Shown: positions 19,400-29,529 of the stretch, in pieces
Layout of the letters: every line of letters begins with the position of its first letter
How positions within the stretch are numbered: position 1 is the first letter of the stretch
Source of the DNA: Aureliella sp.
Lineage (GTDB): Bacteria > Planctomycetota > Planctomycetia > Pirellulales > Pirellulaceae
Assembly: GCA_963691875.1 (NCBI GenBank)
Contig: OY829846.1
Coordinates: 3,808,001-3,872,000, forward strand
Direction: 5' to 3'
Length of the DNA: 64,000 nt
The notes under the pieces: generated by a model
The model's database searches: none
What the model was told of the DNA's origin: nothing
What the model saw: the letters and a program-made list of their open reading frames with translations, nothing else
Translations under genes and position numbers: made by a program

Positions 19400-19879
19400 A
19401 CCGGCGAAGTCGACGCAAGTCGCAATGACAGATCAACTCATCGTCGTTGTTCTTCTGCTTCCAGCGAAGGTCCAAAACTTGCGAAGGATCGATTTGGAAA
19501 CTGCGATCTGGGGTGGTTCCAATCAAGTTGCAACTTAAGTCTGGAATACGAGCGGCGCACTTGCCAGTTTCAAGTTGCCAATGAAAACTCTCGAGATCCA
19601 CCGTGACCGGTTCGCTCCAGAAAGCATGTTGTTCGTAAGGCTTGGGGTTGACCGACGTCACCATTGCTCATGTCGCTTGGGCAACGTCTCCAGGAATAGA
19701 TCGGTAGGCAGCGTCTTTGCGAGCTGCTTTATGAGTCGCTTGCGAACACGCTCAAGCACTTCCGCTCGGGAACTTCCAACCACTTCCATTCCCCAAGCTC
19801 CTAGCGGCTTCGCACGCGCGATCTGCTCGGCCAGATACTCTCGCTAAATCGTCACAGTGATTGGAATCATTTCGCTCAT
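19400..19879 (-). pseudogene. Gene remnant resembling the N-terminus of planctomycete ClpA/B-like AAA proteins
   Basis: ATG 19879 MSEMIPITVTI*REYLAEQ...HEQW, then a frameshift near 19660 into VNPKPYEQHAFWSEPVTVDLESFHWQ...ARIPDL. Family call is from memory only. Confidence 0.35.
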
Positions 19880-20117
19880 CAGTTTTCGTAATTTAGTCGC
19901 CGAGGTGCGTGGTATTCAATCTGCGGTATGTGTCTACGATATATGTCTGCCGCCAAGTGCTGCGCTGTACTAATGCTGTACTCGTCCGCGTAGTGCTTCG
20001 TCAGTTCAAGTAGCTGAAGTCGTCAATAACTGCGGACCTTTGAAGTGCGTCCGCTCGAGGGGCTGGTTGGCTTAGGTCACTACGACGCACCGTGAGCCGA
20101 AGTTATGAACTCTCTCC

Positions 20118-20164
20118 TAACCCGATGCGTGAGCGAGGCTACCATTCCTCGCTCACACCTCGGG
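20118..20164. repeat. REP-like palindrome (taacccga.gcgtgagcgagg family)
   Basis: Intergenic inverted repeat cccgatgcgtgagcgagg ... cctcgctcacacctcggg. Confidence 0.7.
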
Positions 20165-20268
20165 ACGTGATTGACCGCAAGTCGCCAGCTGAGCAACTAT
20201 TTATGCAAGTCCACCGAACCGTATGCTGCGGTGAAAATGCAAGACACGAACCACTAACGGAAAACTAA

Positions 20269-20778
20269 ATGTCCACTAGCACTCAAGAACATCGTGATGC
20301 TGCCCCCAATTCGCTGAAATTTGCTGTGCTCACCGTCAGCGATTCCCGCAACTTGGAGACAGACAAGAGTGGACAACTAATTGTTCAGCGTATGGAAGAT
20401 GCAAAACATCAATTGCATGAGCGAATCGTCGTGCCTGACGAGCCCGGTCAAATTGCCGAACAAGTACGCACTTTCGTCGCAGTCGAGGGACTAGATGTTT
20501 TGCTGCTCACCGGTGGCACCGGGATTTCTCCTAGGGATCAAACGCCGGAAGCCGTCCTTCCTTTGCTCGACATCGAGATTCCGGGCTTTGGCGAAATGTT
20601 TCGGGTGCTCAGCTATGAAGAGATTGGCCCGGCAACGATGCTGAGCCGAGCATTTGCAGGTCGGATTGGCCAAGTGTTAGTGTTCTGCTTGCCAGGATCT
20701 TCTAACGCAGTCAAACTCGCTATAGACGAGCTACTTGTACCCGAACTCCCGCATCTGGTTCACCATTCTCGTGGTTAA
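20269..20778 (+). CDS. moaB: Molybdenum cofactor biosynthesis protein MoaB/Mog
   Basis: Motifs AVLTVSDSR..DKSG, TGGTGISPRDQTPEA, PGFGEMFR and LPGSSNAV. Confidence 0.9.
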   Translation: MSTSTQEHRDAAPNSLKFAVLTVSDSRNLETDKSGQLIVQRMEDAKHQLHERIVVPDEPGQIAEQVRTFVAVEGLDVLLLTGGTGISPRDQTPEAVLPLLDIEIPGFGEMFRVLSYEEIGPATMLSRAFAGRIGQVLVFCLPGSSNAVKLAIDELLVPELPHLVHHSRG

Positions 20779-21101
20779 ACAACTAACACCTTTTTCCTCA
20801 ATTGTTCCTTAGCCAACGACTTTTGCCCAGCAGGTGCCTCGAGAGGTTTCTGTATCCCAGCGAAGAAGCATTGATTCTCACACCGCCATGCCTGCACGCA
20901 CTAAACCTCAAAAAACAGCACCGTAGAGGGAATTACCTAAGCAAATTCTACTAAGGCATTGGCGAAATTCTGCCTTATTCGTCATCAGCCATGACGTCAT
21001 TGTTGATTCCGCTTCTTTAGTGCATAAGTTCTTTAGTGCGTACACGAGCGACGCGTATCTAAAAGGACAGAAACCATCAGCGCTGAGTTATTTGCGACAC
21101 C

Positions 21102-24100
21102 ATGTCAACAACCAGTTGCTGTGACTCCTCTCTCCGGCTGTTAGAAGCAAAAGCCTATGCACACAACGACTATCCTACGATGGACGACGGGTGCCCTTTT
21201 TTATGGTTCGTATGCAGCACTTGCATAGGCCAAGATTTCACTTCCGAATCGCGGGAAGTAGTTCACTCGATTGAGCGATTCTATGCCCTGAGTGAAGAAG
21301 AGGCCAAGGAAGGGCGGCCCGTTCGAATTGAAGGCGTTGTGTTGTACTCAGCCCCAGCTTGGGGTCTCCTGTTTATCGCCGATGAAACAGGGCGCTTATT
21401 TCAGCAAATCTCAGCAGACGAATTGCTAGTCGCGGCCGGTTCATCCGTTCTCATTTCCGGCAAGACAAACCACGCCGGAAACGCCCCAACGATCGATGAC
21501 CTGAGCATTGCACCAATAGGACGCGGAGTTTTACCACCTCCCAAAGTGCTGATGCCCCACGAGCTGGAGGACCCACTGACGACCCGTGGACTCGTCTCCC
21601 TCTCTGGCTCAGTTGTATCGGCACGTTACATCGATGATGAACACATCATTCTAGTGGTTACTTTTCTTAGGCGTTACTTCGTACGCGTGACCATCAATCA
21701 ATGCCAAGAAAGCGACCTTGAAGGACTTTTGGGAGCACGTGTCGAGGTCGTAGGCGTTGCAAGTGATATTCATAACAAACTAGATGAACGAATCATTGAT
21801 TCCCAAGTGTTTGTCCCATCTTTGGATCAAGTCACGGTGTTCCAAAGGGGACGTGACGACTTGTTTCAGCGTTCTGAGATTCCAATCCAATCTATAGCCC
21901 AAGAGTTTCGCCAGATTCGCGATCCGACTTTTGTGAAAGTTCGAGGAAGAGTCATTGATCGTCCAAGCCAAGACACCTTCGTTGTCGATGACGGCGATGC
22001 ATCGATACATGTTCGAATGCAACAGGTAATCAGCTTCGAGAACGGTACCAGCGTAGAAGCAGTTGGCATTGTCTATGAACTGCGTGATCAGCCGACAACT
22101 TCGGTTCGGAACTTGATCTTGGACCGGGCTTTTGTACGGCAGTCGAAAAGTTCGAATACCTCCAAGACCGACAACCATAAAGTCCTTCGATCTGTATCCG
22201 CTTTGCGTATCCTGCGTCGCGAAGAGGCTGCTCAGGAGATTCCGGTTGAGATTACAGGCGTAGTGACGTACTACGACCCCATCTGGCGCGTGCTATTCAT
22301 TCATGACGGTGTCCACGGAGTGTACATCGATGATAAGAAACAGTCTCGCCCCTTGCGTCACGGAGATACTGTTACCGTCGAAGGTGTCTCGGACCCCGGT
22401 GGCTTTGCGCCGATGGTTGTGTTGAGAGACTTAGTAAAACACCAGCGTGTTGGTAGCTTGCCCAACGCGACTGATATTCGACTTGCTGATCTGAAAGATG
22501 GCTCCCTGGATAGTCAGTGGACGTCCATCGTCGGTACTGTCAAGTCCGCCGAGAAAAGTCAGCAGAACCTGGTACTCGTACTGAGAAATGCCGAACATGA
22601 ATTTGACGCTGTCATCTGCGGTGCAGGCAACCTGCTCAAGAAGAAGAACTGGGTGGGTTCGCGAATCAGCCTAACTGGCGTTTGCGGGATCAAATCAAAC
22701 GCAAAGTCTAAGGCCGCTGGTGTTTACTTTCATGTTCCAGGTGAAGCTCAGGTTGAATTCTTACGCGAAGCTCCAAGCGATCCATTCTCAGTTCCTACGA
22801 TTCCGATCAGTGAACTATCCACTTACAGCTCCTCGAGTTTAGAACAAGAGTCTCGCTCTCGCTTGACGGGAACGGTGACTTACGTGGATCGAACTGGACT
22901 AGTTGCGATACAGGATGAATCTGCAGGAATTTTCTTGCGATTGAAGAAGCTTGAAGTACCAAGCTTGGGTGATACGATCGACATCATAGGTTTCGCGCCG
23001 CAGCGATCCGCTCTTTCAAGGCCTCGTGTATCCCACTGGCAGCAGTCCAACTCCAAACTGAAGCCACCTAAGGCCAAAGAAATTCAACTTTCGCGAATTA
23101 ACCCCAAATCATTCAAGTCGCAACTTGTTTCGGTGCAAGGTACCGTGCTCCGTAACAGTGTCGGAGCGGCCATTCCCGGACTGACAATTCAGAGTGACGG
23201 ATTTGTATTCTCAATCGACCTTGCTTCGCCAACCAAAGCGGACGTGTGGACGCAGCTGCAGGAAGGGTCTTTGATCCAAGTCGAGGGAGTGATGGATATC
23301 CATGCAGACGACCTGAATCGATTGGAGTCGTTTCGTCTGCTATGCCCACTAGCAGCCAAGACCAAAGTGATTCGTGCGGCCCCGTGGTGGAATGCACAGC
23401 ACACAAGCCTTCTTATCGGCTGTCTGATTGTGTTGATTGTCGGGGGATTGGGTTGGGTCGGAACGCTGCGTTCCACTGTGTCTCGACAGACGAAGCGAAT
23501 TAAAAGCGAACTGCGTGCACGTGGCGAGCTAGCAAACCGCTACAACACGATCATCGATAACGCAAGCGAGCTTATCTTTTCCCTGAAACGTTCAGGCGAA
23601 TTCGTGTCGGTTAATCCTGCGACCGAAAGAGCTTTCGATGCACCCAATAGCCTGTTGCTTGGTCAACGGCTTGGCGAGTACCTGACCTATGAGAGCCAGA
23701 AGATTTCCCAGCAGCTTTTGGCGAAACTGGAGGCTGCTTGCCCTCACGCAATCGTGGAACTAACCACCGCACGTGGGCTAATTCTGGAAACTGCTCTCCA
23801 ACTAAGCCTTTCACCCAATGGAGAAGAAATCCAGTGTATTGCTCGCGATCTATCGGAGCGGCAGCAATTGGAGCGGCAGCTTCGACACGTCCAAAAGCTT
23901 GATTCTGTGGGACAGCTCGCCGCCGGTGTTGCTCATGACTACAACAACTTGTTAATGGTTGTGCGTCTCAATAGCGAATTGCTGGCGCGGGAAAATCTCG
24001 GCGAACAAGGTCAAAATTGTGCGAGCATGATTCAGGAAGCCGCTGATCGAGCATCAAAACTAACGCGGCAGTTGCTTGCGTTTAGCCGGCGGCAAGCAAT

Positions 24101-25034
24101 GAATACCCAAGTCGTGAATGTCGATCAGTTATTGGAAGATACCTCAACTATCCTCCAAGAACTTCTGAGGGAAAACATTGATTTAGTCGTTCAATCAGAT
24201 GGTATCTTGCCTGAAATCAACGCTGATGCAGCGATGATTGAGCAAGCTATCATGAACCTCACACTCAATGCCCGAGATGCAATGCCGTCCGGCGGGAAGC
24301 TCACCATCTCAGCACGTCCTCGAACGGTTTCTGCGGATGCAGCTTCCCGGCACTTTGAGGTGCGTCAAGGTGAATACATTGAAATCAGCGTGGCCGATAC
24401 CGGTTGTGGGATTCGTCGCGAATCGCTGCCAAATGTCTTTGAGCCCTTTTACACAACGAAAGAAGTCGGCAAAGGAACAGGGCTGGGCCTGAGTACGGTG
24501 TTCGGAATTGTAAAGCAACATGAAGGCTGGATTGACGTTAACTCTGTTCTCGGTAGTGGGAGTAAGTTTTCGATCAATCTACCTGCGGTCCCTCACTCAC
24601 TCCAAGAAAGCAAAAAGCTAACCTCTGTTTCTAGCGACGCTCCTGCTAAGGAAACCGTGCTGATTATCGAAGATGATAGCTCTGTTCGCTTGACGATGAG
24701 TCGGCTACTCGAACGCGTAGGCTACGAAGTCATCCAATCGGTCAACGGGCCCGAGGCCTTGGATCTGCTGAAGCGAAGTGAATTCAAGATCGACATCGTG
24801 GTAACGGATATGGTGATGCCTGGAGGACTGACAGGAATGGAAGTTGGCAAAGAGATTCGCAAGATGAGTCCAGAGATGCCAATCGCTTACTGTAGCGGCT
24901 ATAGCTCAGAATTGATGAGTGTCGCCAGTCTTGCGACTATAGAGCGTTTTCTATCCAAGCCCTTTGAGGCAACGCAGATGCTCCATGTTGTTCGGGAGTT
25001 GTTGACCGCTCGCCCTCACAAAATATCAGCTTGA
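21102..25034 (+). CDS. Hybrid sensor histidine kinase: large extracytoplasmic repeat region, TM, PAS, HisKA, HATPase_c, receiver
   Basis: PWW-TM segment, GQLAAGVAHDYNNLL H-box, NLTLNARDAM, FEPFYTTKEVGKGTGLGLS and a receiver domain (IIEDD..VVTDMVMPGG). The true start is probably 21157 through a frameshift. Confidence 0.92.
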   Translation: MSTTSCCDSSLRLLEAKAYAHNDYPTMDDGCPFLWFVCSTCIGQDFTSESREVVHSIERFYALSEEEAKEGRPVRIEGVVLYSAPAWGLLFIADETGRLFQQISADELLVAAGSSVLISGKTNHAGNAPTIDDLSIAPIGRGVLPPPKVLMPHELEDPLTTRGLVSLSGSVVSARYIDDEHIILVVTFLRRYFVRVTINQCQESDLEGLLGARVEVVGVASDIHNKLDERIIDSQVFVPSLDQVTVFQRGRDDLFQRSEIPIQSIAQEFRQIRDPTFVKVRGRVIDRPSQDTFVVDDGDASIHVRMQQVISFENGTSVEAVGIVYELRDQPTTSVRNLILDRAFVRQSKSSNTSKTDNHKVLRSVSALRILRREEAAQEIPVEITGVVTYYDPIWRVLFIHDGVHGVYIDDKKQSRPLRHGDTVTVEGVSDPGGFAPMVVLRDLVKHQRVGSLPNATDIRLADLKDGSLDSQWTSIVGTVKSAEKSQQNLVLVLRNAEHEFDAVICGAGNLLKKKNWVGSRISLTGVCGIKSNAKSKAAGVYFHVPGEAQVEFLREAPSDPFSVPTIPISELSTYSSSSLEQESRSRLTGTVTYVDRTGLVAIQDESAGIFLRLKKLEVPSLGDTIDIIGFAPQRSALSRPRVSHWQQSNSKLKPPKAKEIQLSRINPKSFKSQLVSVQGTVLRNSVGAAIPGLTIQSDGFVFSIDLASPTKADVWTQLQEGSLIQVEGVMDIHADDLNRLESFRLLCPLAAKTKVIRAAPWWNAQHTSLLIGCLIVLIVGGLGWVGTLRSTVSRQTKRIKSELRARGELANRYNTIIDNASELIFSLKRSGEFVSVNPATERAFDAPNSLLLGQRLGEYLTYESQKISQQLLAKLEAACPHAIVELTTARGLILETALQLSLSPNGEEIQCIARDLSERQQLERQLRHVQKLDSVGQLAAGVAHDYNNLLMVVRLNSELLARENLGEQGQNCASMIQEAADRASKLTRQLLAFSRRQAMNTQVVNVDQLLEDTSTILQELLRENIDLVVQSDGILPEINADAAMIEQAIMNLTLNARDAMPSGGKLTISARPRTVSADAASRHFEVRQGEYIEISVADTGCGIRRESLPNVFEPFYTTKEVGKGTGLGLSTVFGIVKQHEGWIDVNSVLGSGSKFSINLPAVPHSLQESKKLTSVSSDAPAKETVLIIEDDSSVRLTMSRLLERVGYEVIQSVNGPEALDLLKRSEFKIDIVVTDMVMPGGLTGMEVGKEIRKMSPEMPIAYCSGYSSELMSVASLATIERFLSKPFEATQMLHVVRELLTARPHKISA

Positions 25035-25089
25035 TCAGCGTAGGACAATTATCCTCAATTCCCCGAAGGCCACATGCGGTTTCTAACTA

Positions 25090-25380
25090 AGAATTGGCGG
25101 ATCCTGTCCCGAATTCGCGCATAGCTATCGCTATGGCGACGAGTAGAATCACCGCAAAGGTAAGCAACAACATTCAAAGCACTTGTTACCGACGAGCCAC
25201 CAAAATATCGGGCAGATGCAGGCGATCGTGACAACAACAAACCAACTTCGAAGAGACCATTGCGTTTGTTTTGAGTAGCGATGCAGGTAGGCCAATAACT
25301 AACGCCGCGCTGTTGACGGCACCCAACGCGGTGGATGCAAAGTGTCAACGTACGGATTGATATTGTTCTTTAGTCGGCAT
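25090..25380 (-). pseudogene. Remnant of a small planctomycete-type membrane protein gene
   Basis: Fragments NINPYVDT...ARR*LLAYLHRYSKQTQWSLRSWFVVVTIACICPIFWWLVG, with NPY and QFSLR-like motifs, stops and frameshifts. Confidence 0.35.
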
Positions 25381-25429
25381 ATTACCGACGGGCTCGTAAC
25401 CTTCCCCACTAGGGATGTAACTATCGCGA

Positions 25430-26494
25430 CTACGAGGCCCAGCGGCTTTGACCGGTGCCTTCTTGAACCGTGCCGATTTGCCAAGTCTTTAAGCCCGTCG
25501 ACTGAGCGATGTCGCTAACGGTTTTGGCATAAAATGGACTGACGATAAAGACGAGCCCCAGCCCCATGTTGAAGACCCGATCCATCTCCTCCGACGGAAC
25601 TTCTCCGTGCTTCTGAATCCACGGGAAGCAGGAGGGCACGTCCCAGGAATCTCGCTCAAAAACCAAGTCCACTTTGCCCTTGAGAATCCGCTGGGTATTC
25701 TCGAGCAGTCCGCCACCCGTTACGTGCGAAATTCCGTGCACGACGTTCTTCACCTTGTAGTGACCGAGGACTTCGCGGGTCAACTTGGCGTAAATGATCG
25801 TGGGCTCAAGTAACACATCGCCAACGGTCCTATCGAGCTCTGGCACATGGTCATCAACTTTGAGCCCAGCTTTCTCAAACACAACTTTGCGAGCGAGGCT
25901 GTAGCCGTTGGAGTGAAAGCCTGAGGACTCGACGCCAATGATGACGTCGCCCGGAGCAATCAAGTCTCCCGAGATGAGATTCTTTTTCTCGACGACTCCG
26001 ACGCAAAAACCTGCTAAATCGTAATCATCTCCTTGGTAAAGATCCGGCATGATGGCTGTCTCACCGCCGAGCAGCGAGCTATCCGCCAACACGCAACCTT
26101 GGCTGATGCCTTCGACGATACTTTCCAGCAGCGGCGGATTGTCACGACTCATCGCGACATAGTCCAAGAAGAATAAGGGCTCCGCACCACAGCACAGAAT
26201 GTCGTTGACGCACATCGCGACGAGGTCGATACCGACGGTATCGTGCTTGCCAGCCAGCTGAGCAACTTTGAGTTTTGTGCCCACGCCGTCAGTGCCGGAA
26301 ACGAGAATGGGCTCTTCGTACTTCCGCGAAAACAGAGCGCAGTTGAAATCGAGTTGGAAGAGCCCAGCGAAGCCACCATCGTTCTTCATGACGCGTGGAC
26401 TAAAGGTGCGATGCATCAACCGAGGCAGCCGCTGCATGGCTTTCTCGTACTTCTCGAGATCTACACCGCTATCCTTATAAGTAACTGGGCTCAT
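25430..26494 (-). CDS. purM: Phosphoribosylformylglycinamidine cyclo-ligase (AIR synthetase)
   Basis: Motifs TYKDSGVD, GTDGVGTKLK, IDLVAMCVND, GGETAIMP, SSGFHSNGYSL, HVTGGGL and VFNMGLG. Confidence 0.97.
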   Translation of the reverse strand: MSPVTYKDSGVDLEKYEKAMQRLPRLMHRTFSPRVMKNDGGFAGLFQLDFNCALFSRKYEEPILVSGTDGVGTKLKVAQLAGKHDTVGIDLVAMCVNDILCCGAEPLFFLDYVAMSRDNPPLLESIVEGISQGCVLADSSLLGGETAIMPDLYQGDDYDLAGFCVGVVEKKNLISGDLIAPGDVIIGVESSGFHSNGYSLARKVVFEKAGLKVDDHVPELDRTVGDVLLEPTIIYAKLTREVLGHYKVKNVVHGISHVTGGGLLENTQRILKGKVDLVFERDSWDVPSCFPWIQKHGEVPSEEMDRVFNMGLGLVFIVSPFYAKTVSDIAQSTGLKTWQIGTVQEGTGQSRWAS

Positions 26495-26624
26495 GAAGTT
26501 TCTTTGCTGTGGGTCGTCAACCAAGGAAATTGCGGACACAATTATGACGCTTTGACCACGAACTGCCACTCCTACCGTTGTCCGACGAGTCAGAAACACC
26601 CGCGCTGAATCCCGAATTGAACCC

Positions 26625-27812
26625 ATGGCAGAAGTCCGCAGCGCCTACGTCCACGTGCCTTTTTGCAGCCACCGCTGTGGCTACTGTAACTTCACCCTAA
26701 TTGCTGGGCGAGCGGATCTCGTTCCGAGCTATCTTGACGCCCTCGGGCGGGAGTTAGAACTGACTCTCGACGAGGCGTCCGAAGTCGAGACACTCTTTCT
26801 CGGCGGCGGAACTCCCAGCTTTCTAAGCGTTTCGGAGCTGGAGCGTTTGTTTGAGTTGCTCAATCACTGGCTGCCGACCACCAGCTCGGCGGAAGTCTCC
26901 TGTGAAGTGAATCCCCTGGACTGCAGGCCGGCGAAGCTCGAGATGCTTCGTGCGGCTGGCGTCAACCGCATCAGTATCGGCGGCCAGTCTTTTTCAGCTC
27001 GCAAACTCTCAGTCTTACAGCGCGATCACTCGCCTGACGAGCTTCGCAAAGCCATCGCGACCTGCCAGCAGTACTTTGATCGCATCTCGCTGGATCTGAT
27101 TTTCGCGGCTCCTGAAGAATCGCTTGAAGAATGGCGAGCCGACTTGATGGCGGCGGTCGAAAGTGGCGTCACGCACTTGTCAACATACGGCCTCACCGTA
27201 GAAAAGGGCTCGATGTTCTTCGGCCGCGTGCAGAAAGGCGAATTGGCAGAACTGGACAGCGACTTGCAACGCGAGCTCTACGAGCACACGATCGACTATC
27301 TCACGAACCAAGATTGGACGCACTATGAAGTGTCCAATTTCGCTTTGGGTGAACAGCAGTGTCGGCATAACCAGGCTTACTGGCTGGGGCAATACTGGTG
27401 GGGCTTCGGCCCCGGCGCGGCCAGTTTCTTACCAGCGAAGACCGGAGAAGATTCCGGCGCGATTGCAGTTCGGGCGGTGAACCATCAGAGTACAACTTTG
27501 TATCTGCAACGATTCACCGAGGCGCAGGCTCATTCAGCGATTCAGACTTTTAAAACGGACTCAGAATCACTCAGCAATGAAGACTATATACGCGAGCGGG
27601 TCGTATTTGGCTTGCGGCGTTTGGTGGGAGTGAACTTGAAGGAACTCGATCAAGAATTCGAGTGCAATGTAGCTGAGATGTTCGAACCGGTTCTGACTGA
27701 ATACTTGAAGCAAGGCTGGTTGTCGCTCGATGAATCGAGACAATTGAGTCTAACTCAGGCAGGCCTGTTTATCAGCGACGGACTCTGGCCCGATCTGCTG
27801 GTTCCACCTTAG
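26625..27812 (+). CDS. hemW: Radical SAM heme chaperone HemW
   Basis: Motifs YVHVPFCSHRCGYCNF, GGGTPS, HYEVSNFA and HNQAYW. Confidence 0.9.
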   Translation: MAEVRSAYVHVPFCSHRCGYCNFTLIAGRADLVPSYLDALGRELELTLDEASEVETLFLGGGTPSFLSVSELERLFELLNHWLPTTSSAEVSCEVNPLDCRPAKLEMLRAAGVNRISIGGQSFSARKLSVLQRDHSPDELRKAIATCQQYFDRISLDLIFAAPEESLEEWRADLMAAVESGVTHLSTYGLTVEKGSMFFGRVQKGELAELDSDLQRELYEHTIDYLTNQDWTHYEVSNFALGEQQCRHNQAYWLGQYWWGFGPGAASFLPAKTGEDSGAIAVRAVNHQSTTLYLQRFTEAQAHSAIQTFKTDSESLSNEDYIRERVVFGLRRLVGVNLKELDQEFECNVAEMFEPVLTEYLKQGWLSLDESRQLSLTQAGLFISDGLWPDLLVPP

Positions 27813-27874
27813 TGGCATAGGCCTCTAATCTGTGTGGTCCTAATTGCATCACACAGGCTGGAAGCCTATGTACT
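27811..27874. repeat. REP-like palindrome (gtggcataggc..cctgtg family); a half-copy also lies at 10488-10509
   Basis: agtggcataggcctctaatctgtgtg ... cacacaggctggaagcctatgtact. Related cacagacaagatgcctatgcca at 10488. Confidence 0.7.
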
Positions 27875-27901
27875 CTAATTTACCCTATTCGGAGCAAATC
27901 A

Positions 27902-28297
27902 TTGACCGAAGCGATTCCAGAAGATGAAGTATTCGCCGTCGTCGGTGAAGAAGGATTTGCTCGTCTGGTTCGCGCGTTTTACGCACAGGTACCTAGTGAT
28001 GATATCCTCGGCCCGATGTACCCTAGCGATGATATGGACGGCGCGGAGGAGCGTTTACGAGACTTTCTGATCTATCGCTTTGGTGGCCCTCTGACCTATA
28101 TCGAACAGCGAGGTCACCCACGGCTACGAGCTCGTCACATGCCCTTTATCATCAACGAAGCCGCCAAAGACCGCTGGCTGGAAATGATGGATCACGCTTT
28201 CGAAGAAACGAAGCTTCCCACCGGAGCCGAAGCGACGTTGAAACAGTTCTTCGATCACATGGCCAATTTTTTGATCAATCAACCGGGAGAGTTGTAA
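27902..28297 (+). CDS. Group II truncated haemoglobin (GlbO-like)
   Basis: Motifs GEEGFARLVRAFY, FLIYRFGGP, RGHPRLRARHMPF and DRWL; TTG start after ggag. Confidence 0.92.
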   Translation: MTEAIPEDEVFAVVGEEGFARLVRAFYAQVPSDDILGPMYPSDDMDGAEERLRDFLIYRFGGPLTYIEQRGHPRLRARHMPFIINEAAKDRWLEMMDHAFEETKLPTGAEATLKQFFDHMANFLINQPGEL

Positions 28298-28740
28298 CAG
28301 CTGTCCGCGTGGATAAAACTAGAGGGTGTTGAACAACTAGGAAACAAGTGAGCGCACACGTTCATAGAGAATCAATAGAACCTTGAAATTTTCCAAAGAA
28401 GCACTTGATTGAAGCAATTTGCTCATTGCAAAATTGCGGGAGTGTTAGAGCTTTTCCGACCTCTACCCGAACGGAACGGGACAGTTTTGGGATAATGGTC
28501 GGCGAATTGCCGAGTTGGATTTCTCCGCGCCCAAACGAGAGGTCGATCTAGAACAGGCAATTGGCGGCGATGGTGGGGAAGGTATCCTCGACGGGGATGG
28601 TGTATTGGTAGCCACTTCCAGATTAGGTTCTAAGTGCATGAAGATTCACTTGGTTGGACGCCAGCATTGAGACTGAGCGATGGGGCAATTGAGGACTATG
28701 GGCCTACTTTTTGCGGCTGAATTGTTAAGGCGAACGCAAC

Positions 28741-29529
28741 ATGAATAGACCAAGCGGATCGGTTCAGTACGCCAACGAAGGGCGCTGTGTACTGGTCAGT
28801 GGAGGCGCCAAGGGAATCGGCCGAGCTATCGCTGAAGCGTTTCATGCTAGTGGAGCAACGGTTCTGTGCATGGACATTGACGTGGGTGCGAAAGAGCTGC
28901 AAAGTGAAATCACGTTCGTTCTAGGTGACACCAGCCAGGAGGCAGACTGTGAACGCGCTGTATCAGAAGCCGTGCGAATCGGCGGAGGCCTTGATGTACT
29001 GGTCAACAACGCTGCGGTTCAGCCTCCAGCTTCTTACGTCCCACTGGACCAAATCGAGTCCGCAACTTGGAATCAGATGCTGGCCGTCAACTTCTCAGGC
29101 TACACATTCCTTGCCAAGCATGCGGTGCGGGTGATGAAGTCGCAAGGCAGCGGTGTCATCGTCAATCTTTCCAGCGGTCAGGCTCATCGCACCGCGCGAC
29201 AGGTTCCTTGCTATGGCCCGATCAAAGCTGCCAACGTCCTGCAAGCTATGCAGTGGGGCGTGGAATACGCACGCCAGGGGATTCGTGTCGTCTCTGTTTC
29301 ACCAGGCGCTATCAATACCCCTCTGGTTCGAGCGAGTATTGAAGAACAGGGAGGTGAATCGGAGCTTGCCAATCGTCACCCACTTGGAAGGATTGGCCAA
29401 CCAGAGGAAGTCGCAGCCGCCGTGCTGTGGCTGACTAGTGCAGATGCGAGTTTCGTAACTGCCACCGACTTGCAAGTTGACGGAGGTCTAGGTGCTTTCG
29501 GCGCCTTTGCGGACCCGTATCCTGCCTGA
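28741..29529 (+). CDS. Short-chain dehydrogenase/reductase (SDR)
   Basis: Motifs SGGAKGIG, LVNNAA, YGPIK (YxxxK), SPGAINTP and HPLGRIGQPEEVA. Confidence 0.93.
   Translation: MNRPSGSVQYANEGRCVLVSGGAKGIGRAIAEAFHASGATVLCMDIDVGAKELQSEITFVLGDTSQEADCERAVSEAVRIGGGLDVLVNNAAVQPPASYVPLDQIESATWNQMLAVNFSGYTFLAKHAVRVMKSQGSGVIVNLSSGQAHRTARQVPCYGPIKAANVLQAMQWGVEYARQGIRVVSVSPGAINTPLVRASIEEQGGESELANRHPLGRIGQPEEVAAAVLWLTSADASFVTATDLQVDGGLGAFGAFADPYPA

Noticed and set aside
20960..20975. Sigma-54 promoter tggcgaaattctgc
   Set aside because: GG-to-GC spacing is one base short of the -24/-12 consensus.
26495..26626. purM N-terminal extension or a purine/ZTP riboswitch
   Set aside because: PurM similarity starts at 26494 and I recognised no riboswitch consensus. 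It is a short divergent promoter region.
28300..28740. Possible decayed ORF on the minus strand between the globin and the SDR
   Set aside because: The reading contains stops and no recognisable motif, so it cannot be supported.
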